Assembly (NCBI RefSeq): GCF_035084215.1
Contig: NW_027138569.1
Coordinates: forward strand, 310,001-374,000
Direction: 5' to 3'
Origin: Heptranchias perlo
Lineage: Eukaryota
Length of the DNA stretch: 64,000 nucleotides
The notes beneath the pieces were generated by a model that saw only the letters and a list, made by a program, of their open reading frames with translations, searched no databases and was not told the DNA's origin. Below are positions 63,741-64,000 of the stretch, piece by piece (position 1 is the first letter of the stretch; the number at the start of each line of letters is the position of its first letter). A program made the position numbers and the translations under genes.

Positions 63741-64000
63741 TCGTGTGTGAGAATTGATGGTGACTCTGGGTGCGGAACACCGAGCTACAACTGACCCTGT
63801 GAGTTGATATATTCAGAGAAACCCTGATTAATACAGCCGCGATTCATCCAGTGGGAGCATTAGGCTGCATTGACACTGAGATTGGTGACAGTCAGCGGGA
63901 AGTCAGGCAACTCACTTCACTCAGTTCTTACTGAGCAACATCTTTAAATAGACTTTACAGAGTTTCACAATCGAACAGCCGAAATATTAGTGGTTGATTC

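Overview
Eukaryotic, repeat-rich genomic DNA from a cartilaginous fish (shark-type repeats and immunoglobulin sequence). The first 25 kb hold an apparently intact + strand IgNAR (heavy-chain-only antibody) constant region: exons C1-C5, a secretory tailpiece contiguous with C5, and two transmembrane exons (TM1 at 17.2 kb, TM2 at 25.1 kb). All splice sites are GT-AG and in phase, and each form has a candidate poly(A) signal. No V, D or J segment was seen, so they presumably lie upstream of the window. Most of the rest is CR1 and L2 LINE fragments, SINEs and minisatellites, including a 4.5-kb G-rich ~49-bp satellite with higher-order structure. A young Penelope-like retroelement (RT + GIY-YIG) lies at 34.6-36.6 kb. 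Its terminal repeat carries a minimal type I hammerhead ribozyme, and two short fold-back derivatives of that repeat, also with hammerhead cores, lie at 4.9 kb (inside the IgNAR C1-C2 intron) and 44.8 kb. A ~526-bp-arm inverted repeat at 50.7-51.8 kb lies just 3' of the coding exon of a - strand GPR139-like class A GPCR that shows signs of decay. All calls were made by eye, and repeat boundaries are approximate.
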